Source: an uncultured Deferribacteres bacterium
Lineage (GTDB): Bacteria; Zhuqueibacterota; Zhuqueibacteria; Zhuqueibacterales; Geothermadaptataceae
NCBI GenBank assembly: GCA_964014485.1
Contig: CAXHAT010000034.1
Coordinates: forward strand, 1 to 49,215
DNA length: 49,215 nucleotides
Direction: 5' to 3'
How positions within the stretch are numbered: position 1 is the first letter of the stretch; the number at the start of each line of letters is the position of its first letter. Of this stretch, positions 10,115-20,262 are shown piece after piece. The position numbers and the translations under genes were made by a program. The notes under the pieces are model-generated. The model ran no database searches, was not told the origin of the DNA, and was given only the letters and a program-made list of their open reading frames with translations.

Positions 10115-11764
10115 ATGAAAAAATTGACTGTTCTGGTTATCGGGATCGTTTCCGCCGCACAAATTAAAGCCCAAGACAAATCCACCTGGGCGATCATCAA
10201 CGACGAAATTTTCACGCCGAAATGCGCGACCTGCCATTTTGAAGGCGGTTCTTTCGCCAAGCAATCCGGCCTTGTTCTTACGGCGGACGTCGCTTACGAG
10301 CAATTGGTCAATGCGCAGCCAACGAACGCATCAGCCCGCGCGGACGGCCTTGTCCGCGTCGGGACGACGGGGCTTGCCAGCGTCCACAACAGCTTTTTGA
10401 TGGAAAAAATTGACGCCCGCAACGAAGCGCACTTTTACGACGATCATCCGTTTTACGGCGCACTCATGCCCTTCGGCTCGGAATCGCTGACCAACGGCGA
10501 AATCAATCTCATCGCCAAATGGATTGAGCACGGCGCCCCGGAAGACGAAGCGATTCCCGGCGTTGACGAATCGCTGTTGGCGGACACCACGCGCGTCGGC
10601 GATCTGCCGTTTGAGCCGTTGACGCCGCCGGAGCAAGGCCTCCAGTTTCACATCGGCCCCTTTGAAGTCGCCGCCAACAAAGAGCGCGAATTCTACTATT
10701 ACGAGCCGCTCAATCTCCAGGAAGACGTCTACGTTAATCGCTTTGAAATCGCGATGCGCAAGGGCAGCCATCATTTTATTTTTTATTCGTTTAGTTCAGG
10801 GATTCCTTCTCAAAGAATTCCATCGCCGGGCGTTTTCCGCGATATTTACCTCCCTAGCGGGGCGATTGACATTAGCAGCCTTAGAGCACAACCGTGGCAG
10901 ATATTTTTTGCCGGGACGCAATGGCCGCGCGTGAACTATACTTTCCCCAAAAACGTCGCGCTTCGCTTGCCCAAGGGCCTCGGTCTCGATCTGAATTCTC
11001 ATTACGCGAACCGCAAGGACGAGCCGGTGCAAGGCGAAGTTTACGGCAATTTGCACACGGTCGACCGCTCGGAAATCGACTATGTCGCCGATGTACTCAA
11101 CATCAACAATTTCGGGATTAACCTGCCGCCGAATCAAGTCACCACGTTGGAACATGAAGAAACCAATGACTTGGGCGAAGACATTCACATCTTTCAGCTT
11201 TTTTCGCACGCGCATGAGCACATGCTCGAATTTCGCGTTGAACTGATGGGCGGCGAACGTGACGGCGAACTGGTCTACGTGTCCTACGACTGGGAGCATC
11301 CGCCGATTCTGGACCTGAATCCGCCGTTGACCGTACGCCCGGGCGAAGGCGTCAAACTTATCGCGACGTATAACAATTGGACGGATCGCACCCTGCGCTT
11401 CGGCCTCCTGAGTGAAGACGAGATGATGATTCTGTTCGGTTATTATTTTACCGGAGACCTGACCGTCGGTGTTGAAAGCGAAGAGACGGCGGGGATTCCT
11501 GATCAGTTCCATCTCGATCAAAACTATCCCAATCCGTTCAACCCGGTCACAACGCTGCGTTATTATCTGCCGCAAACGACAAATGTTACGCTCGGAATTT
11601 ACGACGTGAACGGAAAGCGCGTCGCGGATTTGCTGAACGGGAAAATTCAGGCGGGCAGCCATGCCGTGACCTGGGACGCAACGGACGTTCCTTCCGGCAT
11701 GTATTTCGCGCGCTACCGCGCCGGGGATTTTTCGTCAACGAAAAAAATGCTTTTGGTTAAGTAA
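10115..11764 (+). CDS. Secreted cytochrome c / copper type II ascorbate-dependent monooxygenase (PHM-like) fusion with C-terminal sorting domain
   Basis: signal peptide; CATCH heme motif; GSHHF, NSHY, SHAH, DEMM copper-ligand motifs; LDQNYPNPFNP...SGMYF...KKMLLVK. Confidence 0.8.
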   Translation: MKKLTVLVIGIVSAAQIKAQDKSTWAIINDEIFTPKCATCHFEGGSFAKQSGLVLTADVAYEQLVNAQPTNASARADGLVRVGTTGLASVHNSFLMEKIDARNEAHFYDDHPFYGALMPFGSESLTNGEINLIAKWIEHGAPEDEAIPGVDESLLADTTRVGDLPFEPLTPPEQGLQFHIGPFEVAANKEREFYYYEPLNLQEDVYVNRFEIAMRKGSHHFIFYSFSSGIPSQRIPSPGVFRDIYLPSGAIDISSLRAQPWQIFFAGTQWPRVNYTFPKNVALRLPKGLGLDLNSHYANRKDEPVQGEVYGNLHTVDRSEIDYVADVLNINNFGINLPPNQVTTLEHEETNDLGEDIHIFQLFSHAHEHMLEFRVELMGGERDGELVYVSYDWEHPPILDLNPPLTVRPGEGVKLIATYNNWTDRTLRFGLLSEDEMMILFGYYFTGDLTVGVESEETAGIPDQFHLDQNYPNPFNPVTTLRYYLPQTTNVTLGIYDVNGKRVADLLNGKIQAGSHAVTWDATDVPSGMYFARYRAGDFSSTKKMLLVK

Positions 11765-11774
11765 ACCGCCACTT

Positions 11775-11802
11775 GTAGAGACGCGATGCATCGCGTCTCT
11801 AC
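11775..11802. repeat. GTAG-type REP palindrome, class 1
   Basis: identical to 7622-7649. Confidence 0.9.
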
Positions 11803-11820
11803 ACAACCCCGAAGAATAAC

Positions 11821-14100
11821 ATGACCACCCAAGCCACCGCCTGTATTCTATGCTCGCAAAACTGCGGCGTCCAAATCGACGTTGATGAAAACGGTCATTT
11901 CACAAAAATTGTCGGTGACGGCGCGCATCCCGTTTCTGAAGGTTATCTCTGCCAAAAAGCGACGCGCCTTGATTATTACCAGAATCAGGCGCGATTGACC
12001 TCCCCTTTACGAAAAAAAGCGGACGGCACGTTCGAAGAAATTTCGTGGGACGTTGCGGTTCGGGAAATTGCTGAAAAATTGGTCGAAATCCGCGACGCGC
12101 ACGGCGGCGAAACAATCGCTTACGCCGGAGGCGGCGGACAAGGCAATCATCTTGGCGGGATTTACGGTTCCGCTCTGCGCGCAGCTTGCGACACGCCTTA
12201 CATTTACTCTGCGCTAGCGCAGGAAAAAACCGGCAATTTCTGGGTCAACGGCCACTTGTTCGGCAGGCAAAATACCAATTACTGCGAAGCCGTCGCCGAG
12301 GCGGACTATGTCATGATTATCGGCGCCAATCCGGTGCAATCGCACGGGTTGCCCAAGGCCCGACCGACGATTTTCAATCTATCAAAAAATCCAGACCGAA
12401 CGCTTGTGGTCATTGATCCTCGTAGAACGGAAACGGCGAAAAAGGCGGATATTTTTCTGCAGGTCGCGCCGGGCAAGGACGCTTTCTTGCTCGCCGCCAT
12501 GCTGGGCGTTATCATTCAGGAAAACCTGGAAGACCAAAAGTTCATCGCCCAACACACGGTCGGCTTTGAGACGATCAAGCCGCACTTTCTGGAAATTCCC
12601 GTCGAAGCGTACAGCGAAATCAGCGGCGTTGAGGCGGATCAGATTCGCAAAGTCGCGCGCGGTTTTGCCGGGGCGAAAACAGCGGCGATTCGTTCGGATT
12701 TGGGCATTGAACAAAGTGAAAACAGTACGCTCAACGCTTATCTCGCAAGACTGCTTTTTTTAATTACAGGTAATTTTGGCAAGGAAGGAACCAATTGTTT
12801 GCATACGGCGTTTCTGCCGCTCGTCGGCCATTCAAAAGAGCCGGAAGAAGGAGGCGTCACGACACAGGTTACGAGCATGAAAGGCATTGGTAAACTCTTC
12901 CCGCCCAATATTTTGCCGCTGGAAATTGACAGCGATCATCCCAAAAGATTACGCGCCTTGATTATTGAAAGTGCGAATCCATTGTCGTCCTACGCCGATA
13001 TTCCGGCGCAACGCAAAGCCTATAAAAAACTTGATCTTATGGTCGTGATTGACGTGGCGATGACGGAAACGGCAAAAGCGGCGCATTATGTTCTTCCGGC
13101 GGCTTCTCAATTCGAGAAATATGAGGCGACTTTTTTCAATCTGGAGTTTCCCAAGAATTTTTTCCACCTCAGACGGCCAATTTTGCCGCCTTTGAAAAAC
13201 ACGCTGCCAGAGCCTGAAATTCACCATCGTCTGGTGACGGCGATGGGCGAGCTGCCCAAGTCTTTCCCCGTGCTAAGAATCCTCGCAAAACTTGATCGGC
13301 GACTTCCCCAACTCCGCATTTTCCCATTAGCGCTCGCGACCACCTTTTCCGTGCGCCCAAAATGGAAAAAATACGCAGTATTGGTACTCAAGAGCGCTTT
13401 GGGACGCGCCCTTCCAGACAATGCCGATGCGGCCGCCGTTCTCTGGATGGCGGCGCATCGCTACGCTAAAAGATATCCCCAAGAAGTTCGACGGGCGGGG
13501 TTGCAAGGAAAGGGCTATTCTCTCGGAGAAAGTCTTTTCAAGAAAGTATTGACGAGTCCTTCCGGTACGCTCATCAGCATTCATCGCCATGAAGATCATT
13601 GGAAACTCATTCGCCACAAAGACAAAAAAGTCCGCCTTGCCATTCCGCTAATGCTGGAATGGTTGAACGCCTTACCGAAAAAAGAGGCGCTTGATAAGAA
13701 AAAAGCTCGGGAATATCCGTTCAATTTGATCGCGGGCGAGCGGCGCGCTTATAACGCAAATACAATTCTGCGCAATCCGGAATCGCGCAAAACCGACAAG
13801 GCCGGCGCCCTCAAAATCAACCCGGTTGACGCAAACGAGTTGGGCGTTGAAACGGATCAATGGGTGACATGCAGTTCTGAAATCGGGGAAGTCAAGATTG
13901 TTGCCAAAATTACCGACGAAGTTCCCGAGGGACTGGTCTCCATGCCGCACGGCTATGGCCTGGACTACCCTGGAGAAGATGATGAGATGCGAATCGGCGC
14001 AGCGGCAAATTCGCTGACTTCGGCGCATCATTCCGACCCGTTAGCTAAAACGCCCTATCACAAAAACGTCAGGGTCAAAATCGAGAAGTTTGCGATATAG
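11821..14100 (+). CDS. Molybdopterin-dependent oxidoreductase (DMSO reductase superfamily), cytoplasmic
   Basis: N-terminal CILCSQNC...LCQKA [4Fe-4S] motif, ISWD.A, TETA..A.YVLPA, C-terminal molydop-binding domain. Confidence 0.93.
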   Translation: MTTQATACILCSQNCGVQIDVDENGHFTKIVGDGAHPVSEGYLCQKATRLDYYQNQARLTSPLRKKADGTFEEISWDVAVREIAEKLVEIRDAHGGETIAYAGGGGQGNHLGGIYGSALRAACDTPYIYSALAQEKTGNFWVNGHLFGRQNTNYCEAVAEADYVMIIGANPVQSHGLPKARPTIFNLSKNPDRTLVVIDPRRTETAKKADIFLQVAPGKDAFLLAAMLGVIIQENLEDQKFIAQHTVGFETIKPHFLEIPVEAYSEISGVEADQIRKVARGFAGAKTAAIRSDLGIEQSENSTLNAYLARLLFLITGNFGKEGTNCLHTAFLPLVGHSKEPEEGGVTTQVTSMKGIGKLFPPNILPLEIDSDHPKRLRALIIESANPLSSYADIPAQRKAYKKLDLMVVIDVAMTETAKAAHYVLPAASQFEKYEATFFNLEFPKNFFHLRRPILPPLKNTLPEPEIHHRLVTAMGELPKSFPVLRILAKLDRRLPQLRIFPLALATTFSVRPKWKKYAVLVLKSALGRALPDNADAAAVLWMAAHRYAKRYPQEVRRAGLQGKGYSLGESLFKKVLTSPSGTLISIHRHEDHWKLIRHKDKKVRLAIPLMLEWLNALPKKEALDKKKAREYPFNLIAGERRAYNANTILRNPESRKTDKAGALKINPVDANELGVETDQWVTCSSEIGEVKIVAKITDEVPEGLVSMPHGYGLDYPGEDDEMRIGAAANSLTSAHHSDPLAKTPYHKNVRVKIEKFAI

Positions 14101-14186
14101 GACGCGTCGCGTCTCCGCAGGTCTCGATTCGATTTCGTTTAACTATTTTCAAAAATATAATCAAGGTCTAACTCGAATCGAAAGTA

Positions 14187-14720
14187 GTGAGTAAACCCCG
14201 TATCAGAAACAAAAACGCTCCACACCGGAGCCATAATCTAACGTCCGCCTATTTTGTCACAATATGCACAAAAAATATGAAGCATTTTTTCGGAAAGATT
14301 CGCGGCGGTGTGATGGAATTATCGCGGGAAGGCCAAATCGCCCAAGAAGGGTGGCTGAAATCCTGCGCAAATCGCGCAGACAAGAATTTGACTTTTGGCG
14401 CCTTTGTCGTTATGCCGAACCATTTTCACGCTATCGTTATTCTTGAGGACAAGAAGCGGAATGGACCATCTGCGGGGCGTCAACGAAAAGCAACGCCTCG
14501 GGGTTCTTTAGATTACACGCCCAAAAGCCTGGTTCATCTACTCCGAAATTACAAAACAATGGTCGCCGAAAACGCCGTGCAACTTCATCCGAATTTTGCC
14601 TGGCAAGAACAATTTCATGTTCACGCCATCCGTAACGAAAAATCCTTGAGAACCATTTCCGAATATATTCGAAACAACCCGCAGAATTGGGTGAAAGACA
14701 AGTTCTATTCGAAGTCGTAG
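14187..14720 (+). mobile_element. REP-associated tyrosine transposase (RAYT, Y1 HUH family)
   Basis: YFVTICT, VMPNHFH (HUH), WQ..FH.H.IR, YIRNNP; degenerate REPs at both sides (about 14097-14118 and 14717-14744). Confidence 0.88.
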
Positions 14721-14754
14721 AGGTGCAAGCTTTTGCATTTCAGCCGCGTTACGA

Positions 14755-16035
14755 TCAAAGACGCAGCCGATCCAAAATATCGTAAAACTCTGGAAATGAA
14801 ACGCTGGCGGCCTCAGCATTTTTGATCACGGTCTCCCCTTCCGTCGCCAATCCCGCCACCGCGAAAGCCATGGCGATGCGATGATCGCCGAAAGAAGCGA
14901 CTTCAGCGCCTTTTAACGCCGTCGGGCCGGTGACGTCAAGCCCGTCTTCAAATTCTTCAACTTGTGCGCCCATTTTTGTCAGGTTTTCACAAATGGCTCG
15001 GATTCGATCCGACTCTTTCACGCGCAGTTCCTTTGCGTCGCGAATGCGCGTCACGCCGTCCGCCTGCGTCGCCAAAACAGCGAGAATCGGAATCTCATCT
15101 ATCACCAGCGGGATTTCAGCGCCTTTGATCTCGAACGCTTGCAAACGGCTCGTTCTCACGTTCAGATCAGCGATCTCTTCATTATTTTTTACCGAAAAAT
15201 CGTCGATCAAAATATGCGCGCCAGCCCGCTGCAGAATTTTCAGCGCATAGCTGCGCGTCGGATTGAGCCCAACGTTGCGCAGCGTTAATTCGCTTTCCGG
15301 CAGCATGAATGCGGCGCACATAAAAAATATCGCCGAAGAAAAATCGCCGGGGATGGTCAAATCTTTTCCCTGCAACTGCCCTGGCGTCACGCGGGCAGTA
15401 TTTTTCAGGTTCTCGACTTCCACACCCATAAAACGCAGCATTCTTTCGGTGTGGTCGCGGCTCACGGCTGGTTGCATAACCGACGTTTGGCCTTTGGCGT
15501 AAAGCCCCGCCAACAAAACCGCCGATTTCACCTGCGCCGAAGCGACGGTCATTTCGTAAGTCAGCGGAGAAAGTGCGCCGCCTTGAATGGTGAGCGGCGC
15601 TCGACCGTCGTTTTCACTGGTAATGGTCGCGCCCATTTGCTGCAACGGCTGGATGATGCGATTCATCGGGCGGCGGCGCAAACTCTCGTCGCCATCGATC
15701 GTGGATGTGAAAGACTGACCAGCCAGAATTCCGGCGAGCAAGCGAATCGTCGTGCCGGAATTTCCGGCGTCCAAAACGCCCGTCGGCAGTTCGAGTTCAT
15801 GCAGTCCCTTCCCTTTCACAACGAGGGCAAAGTCATTTTCTGAGATTTCAACGCCCATCTTTCGCAGGCAATCGGCGGTATTTTGCACGTCGTACGCAGT
15901 GGATAAATCACGAATGACGGAATCGCCTTCGGCAATGGCCGCAAGCATCAACGCACGGTGAGAAATAGATTTATCGCCGGGGATGACGACCTGTCCGCGC
16001 AAGCCGGCGGCGGGTTTTATTGTTCGAGTTTGCAA
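14755..16035 (-). CDS. aroA: 3-phosphoshikimate 1-carboxyvinyltransferase (EPSP synthase)
   Basis: PGDKSISHR, DAGNSGTT.R, SAQVKSA, RDHTERML, ELRVKESDR, DHRIAMA; TTG start with GGAG RBS. Confidence 0.98.
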   Translation of the reverse strand: MQTRTIKPAAGLRGQVVIPGDKSISHRALMLAAIAEGDSVIRDLSTAYDVQNTADCLRKMGVEISENDFALVVKGKGLHELELPTGVLDAGNSGTTIRLLAGILAGQSFTSTIDGDESLRRRPMNRIIQPLQQMGATITSENDGRAPLTIQGGALSPLTYEMTVASAQVKSAVLLAGLYAKGQTSVMQPAVSRDHTERMLRFMGVEVENLKNTARVTPGQLQGKDLTIPGDFSSAIFFMCAAFMLPESELTLRNVGLNPTRSYALKILQRAGAHILIDDFSVKNNEEIADLNVRTSRLQAFEIKGAEIPLVIDEIPILAVLATQADGVTRIRDAKELRVKESDRIRAICENLTKMGAQVEEFEDGLDVTGPTALKGAEVASFGDHRIAMAFAVAGLATEGETVIKNAEAASVSFPEFYDILDRLRL

Positions 16036-16056
16036 AGATTTTCTCCATTTGTTTTT

Positions 16057-16084
16057 GTAGGGGTTCAAGATTTTGAACCCCTAC
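16057..16084. repeat. GTAG-type REP palindrome, class 2
   Basis: GTAGGGGTTCAAGATTTTGAACCCCTAC; near-identical copies at 17890 and 33056. Confidence 0.9.
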
Positions 16085-16088
16085 GATG

Positions 16089-17681
16089 CTATCCAAGCAA
16101 AACCCCGGGATTCAAAATCGCCTGAGGATCGTAAACGGACTTCAATTGCGCAAGCCCCTTACTCCAAAGCGGCGACGCTTCTTGCCGGAACCCGTCGCGA
16201 TGATCTCGCCCGACGGCATGATGATGCGTAATCGTGCCGCCATTGTCTAAAATGGCTTTGGAAGCTGCGGCTTTAATTTCCGTCCATTGCGCCAATTCCT
16301 GGCCGCGCTTGCCTTTGGCAATAACCGTGTAGTACGGCGCAACGCCGTCCGGGTAAACATGCGTGAAACGCCACGTTACGATCCCGCGTCCGCTAACGCA
16401 CTTGATCGCATTATTCACTGCGTCCAAAACGGCTTTGTGAAAAGCGTCGAATCGATCCCAGGTCACGGCAGACTCAAACGTTTCGCTGATCACGCCGAGC
16501 ATGACCAGCTCGTCGCGAATGTACGGCGCCAATAAGAAGGATTTTTTCCATTGATCCTCCGGCGCCGCGTCTTTGCGTTGATCTGCCGCTCGCACTTTGT
16601 CCCAGACGCCGCCGTGTTTTTTACAAATCGCCAAGCCGCGCTCCATCCAGGCGTCCAAGGCATGATCGTGCGATTCAAATCCGAGGATCAGCACCGTACT
16701 TTTGCCGTCGCCCAAGCCGCCGCTCATGGCTTCAAGCTTTGAAATGAGGCGACAGTTGGTCGGGTGCAGACCGGATTGACTCAATTCTCGGGTCGCGGCA
16801 ATTCCGGCCTTGCTCTCCCGAAAACGCACAGCGGCAGAAGCCTTGAATTTGGGCATATTTTGCAATCGCATCCATGCTTCGGTGATCACGCCGAACGCGC
16901 CTTCCGAGCCTAAAACTATTCGATTCGGATCAGGCCCGGCGCCGGAAGCGGGTAGGCGGCGCGTTTCCAAAACGCCCTGCGGCGTAAGCATTCTGATTGA
17001 CTCAACAAATTCATCGATGTGGGTGTAAACCGAGGCGTAATGCCCGCCGGAACGCGTGGCGAGCCAGCCGCCGAGAGTGGAAAATTCAAAGCTCTGCGGG
17101 AAATGACGCAAGGTGAGATTTTGCGGTTTGAGCGCAGCTTCAACCGCCGGACCAAATAATCCTGCCTGCATTCTCGCCGCTCGGGAAACGTCGTCAATTT
17201 CAAGCACACGATTGAAGCGCTGCAAATCAAGCGTTACAACGCCGCGATACCCCATCGCTTGTGTTGGCTCCACCCCGCCGACCACGCTGGAGCCGCCGCC
17301 AAAAGGCACGAGTGCGATTCTTTTGCGACCGCAAAATTCCATCAAATCAGCGATTTGATTTTCATTCTCCGGGAAGGCGACGTAGTCTGGCGGATTGTCG
17401 AAACGTCGATCTAACGCGCGAATTGTGTCACGATAAGACTTGCCGTAGCAGCGGCTTAGGCGATCTCGTTTGTCGCTCGAACACCATGAATTCAAATTTT
17501 CAGGCAAACGGAAACGCGGCGCGCAAATCGAGATTTCACCCATTCCCGGCGGCGAAATGTGTTGAAACCTAATCTGTCCCAAACCGACGCGCAGCATGTT
17601 CTTGAGGCGCGAAAATAGTTTCTTGTCTATCTCCACGCCTTCATAACCCCAGCCCCAGAATTTTCGTTGTTTCGTTTGCAA
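16089..17681 (-). CDS. FAD-binding oxidoreductase (alkyl-DHAP synthase-like, VAO/PCMH family)
   Basis: FWGWG, PFGGGSSVVGG, HFPQSFEFSTLGGW, GSEG..GVIT, THHHAVG, DPQAILNPG. Confidence 0.9.
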   Translation of the reverse strand: MQTKQRKFWGWGYEGVEIDKKLFSRLKNMLRVGLGQIRFQHISPPGMGEISICAPRFRLPENLNSWCSSDKRDRLSRCYGKSYRDTIRALDRRFDNPPDYVAFPENENQIADLMEFCGRKRIALVPFGGGSSVVGGVEPTQAMGYRGVVTLDLQRFNRVLEIDDVSRAARMQAGLFGPAVEAALKPQNLTLRHFPQSFEFSTLGGWLATRSGGHYASVYTHIDEFVESIRMLTPQGVLETRRLPASGAGPDPNRIVLGSEGAFGVITEAWMRLQNMPKFKASAAVRFRESKAGIAATRELSQSGLHPTNCRLISKLEAMSGGLGDGKSTVLILGFESHDHALDAWMERGLAICKKHGGVWDKVRAADQRKDAAPEDQWKKSFLLAPYIRDELVMLGVISETFESAVTWDRFDAFHKAVLDAVNNAIKCVSGRGIVTWRFTHVYPDGVAPYYTVIAKGKRGQELAQWTEIKAAASKAILDNGGTITHHHAVGRDHRDGFRQEASPLWSKGLAQLKSVYDPQAILNPGVLLG

Positions 17682-17740
17682 GACGATCCTGGTTTTAGAA
17701 AAAATTTACCCAATAGCACCTGAAAAACGTCACTTTTACA

Positions 17741-17810
17741 TCATTACCGCGCAGGCGGGAATCCAGGGGCTGCGCGCGATTGACTGGATTCCCGCCTGCG
17801 AGGGAATGAC
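17741..17810. repeat. GTCATTCCCGCG-type REP doublet
   Basis: TCATTACCGCGCAGGCGGGAATCCAG ... CTGGATTCCCGCCTGCGAGGGAATGAC. Confidence 0.85.
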
Positions 17811-17889
17811 TTTGACGAGAGTTTCTACGGCGTCACGGCTGTCTCGTAACATCAGAACATAATATTTTTAAAGCACTACACAACATGTC

Positions 17890-17917
17890 GTAGGGGTTCA
17901 AGATTTTGAACCCTTAC
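17890..17917. repeat. GTAG-type REP palindrome, class 2
   Basis: one mismatch to 16057-16084. Confidence 0.88.
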
Positions 17918-17985
17918 ACGCAGTAAGTCGATCATTTATAAACCATACTTTGGAGCAGCCTCACTCCTATAGTTGGCGTGCAGGC

Positions 17986-20058
17986 TTATAAGTTCTTCAA
18001 CATCTGAATCTGTTTTCGCGGCCCGACGACGACAATTTTGTCTTCCTCGCGCAATCTCTCGGACGGCTGCGGGACAATGCTGTGCTCCCGTCCGCTCGAC
18101 CCGGCGCGTTTGATGAGAATGATCTGAATATTGTATCTGGCGCGCAGGTTCAAGGCGCGCAACGACCGTCCGCAGAATTCCGACGGCGCGTTGACTTCAG
18201 AGAGCATGTAGCCGTCCACGAAATCAACGTCGTGCTCTTCGTCCAGCGACTTCATCGAGCCAACCAGTTCAGCCGTGACGTCCAGGCGGGCGATTTCTCT
18301 GTTGTAGGCCTCGATCACGTCCTTGCGCCGAATCTCGCCGATGGGCGTCGGCGGGCCCGATTTCGAAATAATCGGCAGAATATCCACGTCTTCCTTGCCG
18401 AAAATCTTCATGGCGTGGTTCAGCGTGTTCGTCGGATAAACGCAGGGGACGTCAGGCTTCATCAAATCGTGCGCCACGAGCAAGTCGTTTAGCTCATCCT
18501 GCTCGTCGATGGCCTCGCGCACTTGTGTCAATGTAATCACACCAAGAAAATCGTTTTGCGGCGAGGTGACGAAAAATTCAGGTCTCGGACTTTCGATCAT
18601 CAATCGCATTAAGTTTTTGAAAGGCATGCCGGCAGGCACAGTCTCGATGTCCGTATTCATCACGTCTTTGACCTTGATCGATTTCAAAACGTTGACGTCT
18701 CGCCCCTTGCGCAAATCAACGCCGCGCTTGATGAGCTTGATGGTAAAAATCGATTCTTTTTCCAGGCGCGTACTCAAAAGCGTCGCGATAATGCACGAAA
18801 TCATCAGCGGCAAAATAATGTTGTAGTCGTTGGTCATTTCGAAAATAATCAGAATCGCCGCAATCGGCGCATGCGTCGTCGCGGCGACCACCGCGCCCAT
18901 GCCGACCAACGCGTAGGCTCCGGACGGCGCCGTTGCGTCTGGATAAAAGCTATGAACGAGCTGCCCAAACATGCCGCCCAGCATGGCGCCGAGAAAAAGC
19001 GACGGCCCAAACGCCCCGCCGGAGCCGCCCGAGCCCAGACTCAACGACGTGGCCGCCAATTTTACAAACGCCAAAAGCAGCATTGTTTGCCAAAGCAGAC
19101 CGCCGTGCAACGCCTTGTCGAGCGTTTCATAACTGTCGCCCAGAACGTGCGGCGCAAACAGGCCGATGGCGCCGATCAGCAGGCCGCCCAGCGCTGTGTG
19201 GACATAGACGGGCGTTTTTATTTTGGCAAAAAATGACGAAACCCCCTCGAGACTTTTGATAAATGCAACCGACGCCGCGCCGGTTAAAATGCCAAGCACG
19301 GCGTAAAACAAAAGTTCTTGCGAACTGGCAAGTTGATATTCCGGCACCGAAAACGCCAACGCGTCGCCGAAATAGCTGCGCGAAACAACAGTTGCGACAA
19401 CTGAAGAGATAACGATAGGGCTGAAACGCGGCACGGCGAAATCCCCCAAAATCACCTCAACGCTAAACAGCGCTCCGGCAATAGGCGCATTAAAAGCGGC
19501 GGCAATCCCCGCAGCCGCGCCACACGCGACAAACGTTTGTACGCGCCGCGTGTTGACGCGCAAAAACTGACCGATGGCGCTGCCAACCGAAGCGCCGATA
19601 TGCACCACAGGGCCTTCATAACCGACCGAACCGCCCGTGCCGATGTAAGTTGAAGTGGCGAACAGTTTTGCGAAAACCACCCGCGCCCGCATGACGCCGC
19701 GCCGCACTGCAACGGCTTCCATCACTTCCGGAACGCCGGAGCCCTTGATCTCGGCGGCGATAAAATGAATGATGAGACCGACGAACAGTCCGCCGAGTGC
19801 GGGAACGAGCAGGATTTGCCAAAAAGGAGTTTGTCGGAGCAGGTCAACCGTCAGCGTTTGGTCACCCCAAAGAAACAGATTTGTCCAGGAAATGAGTTCG
19901 CGAATGGCGACGGCGCAGCCCCCGGCAAGCAACCCGATCAGCACAGCCACAGCGACGAGAAAAGTATACTCCGTTGCCTTAAACCGGCGATACACCGCAG
20001 GAATTCTCCGGCGGAACCAGATGATAGCCTTTAGATATTTTCTTTTCCAAAGTCCCAT
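17986..20058 (-). CDS. ClC-family chloride channel/transporter with CBS pair and TrkA-C domain
   Basis: GSGVPE, GYEGP, GGAFGP motifs; CBS repeats; C-terminal RCK-C-like domain. Confidence 0.95.
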   Translation of the reverse strand: MGLWKRKYLKAIIWFRRRIPAVYRRFKATEYTFLVAVAVLIGLLAGGCAVAIRELISWTNLFLWGDQTLTVDLLRQTPFWQILLVPALGGLFVGLIIHFIAAEIKGSGVPEVMEAVAVRRGVMRARVVFAKLFATSTYIGTGGSVGYEGPVVHIGASVGSAIGQFLRVNTRRVQTFVACGAAAGIAAAFNAPIAGALFSVEVILGDFAVPRFSPIVISSVVATVVSRSYFGDALAFSVPEYQLASSQELLFYAVLGILTGAASVAFIKSLEGVSSFFAKIKTPVYVHTALGGLLIGAIGLFAPHVLGDSYETLDKALHGGLLWQTMLLLAFVKLAATSLSLGSGGSGGAFGPSLFLGAMLGGMFGQLVHSFYPDATAPSGAYALVGMGAVVAATTHAPIAAILIIFEMTNDYNIILPLMISCIIATLLSTRLEKESIFTIKLIKRGVDLRKGRDVNVLKSIKVKDVMNTDIETVPAGMPFKNLMRLMIESPRPEFFVTSPQNDFLGVITLTQVREAIDEQDELNDLLVAHDLMKPDVPCVYPTNTLNHAMKIFGKEDVDILPIISKSGPPTPIGEIRRKDVIEAYNREIARLDVTAELVGSMKSLDEEHDVDFVDGYMLSEVNAPSEFCGRSLRALNLRARYNIQIILIKRAGSSGREHSIVPQPSERLREEDKIVVVGPRKQIQMLKNL

Positions 20059-20065
20059 GCTGTTC

Positions 20066-20262
20066 AGAAGCTGTTTTTAAAGTCCCACAGGGACGGTCGA
20101 AAGTAGCCCGGAAGTGAACTTCCGGGGAAGATGACGTTTTGTTTTTTGTCGAGTCCCGTCAGGGACGGTTGAAAGTTTATCGCGTTTCCAGCCTCAATCG
20201 TCCCTGGCGATAAATTGTCTGGCTATTATCAAGCATCCTACGGGACTTTTAAAACAGTCTCT
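20066..20262. mobile_element. MITE-like element with terminal inverted repeats and AGTCCC..GGGAC REP-like core
   Basis: AGAAGCTGTTTTTAAAGTCCC ... GGGACTTTTAAAACAGTCTCT; internal AGTCCCACAGGGACG and AGTCCCGTCAGGGACG. Confidence 0.7.
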
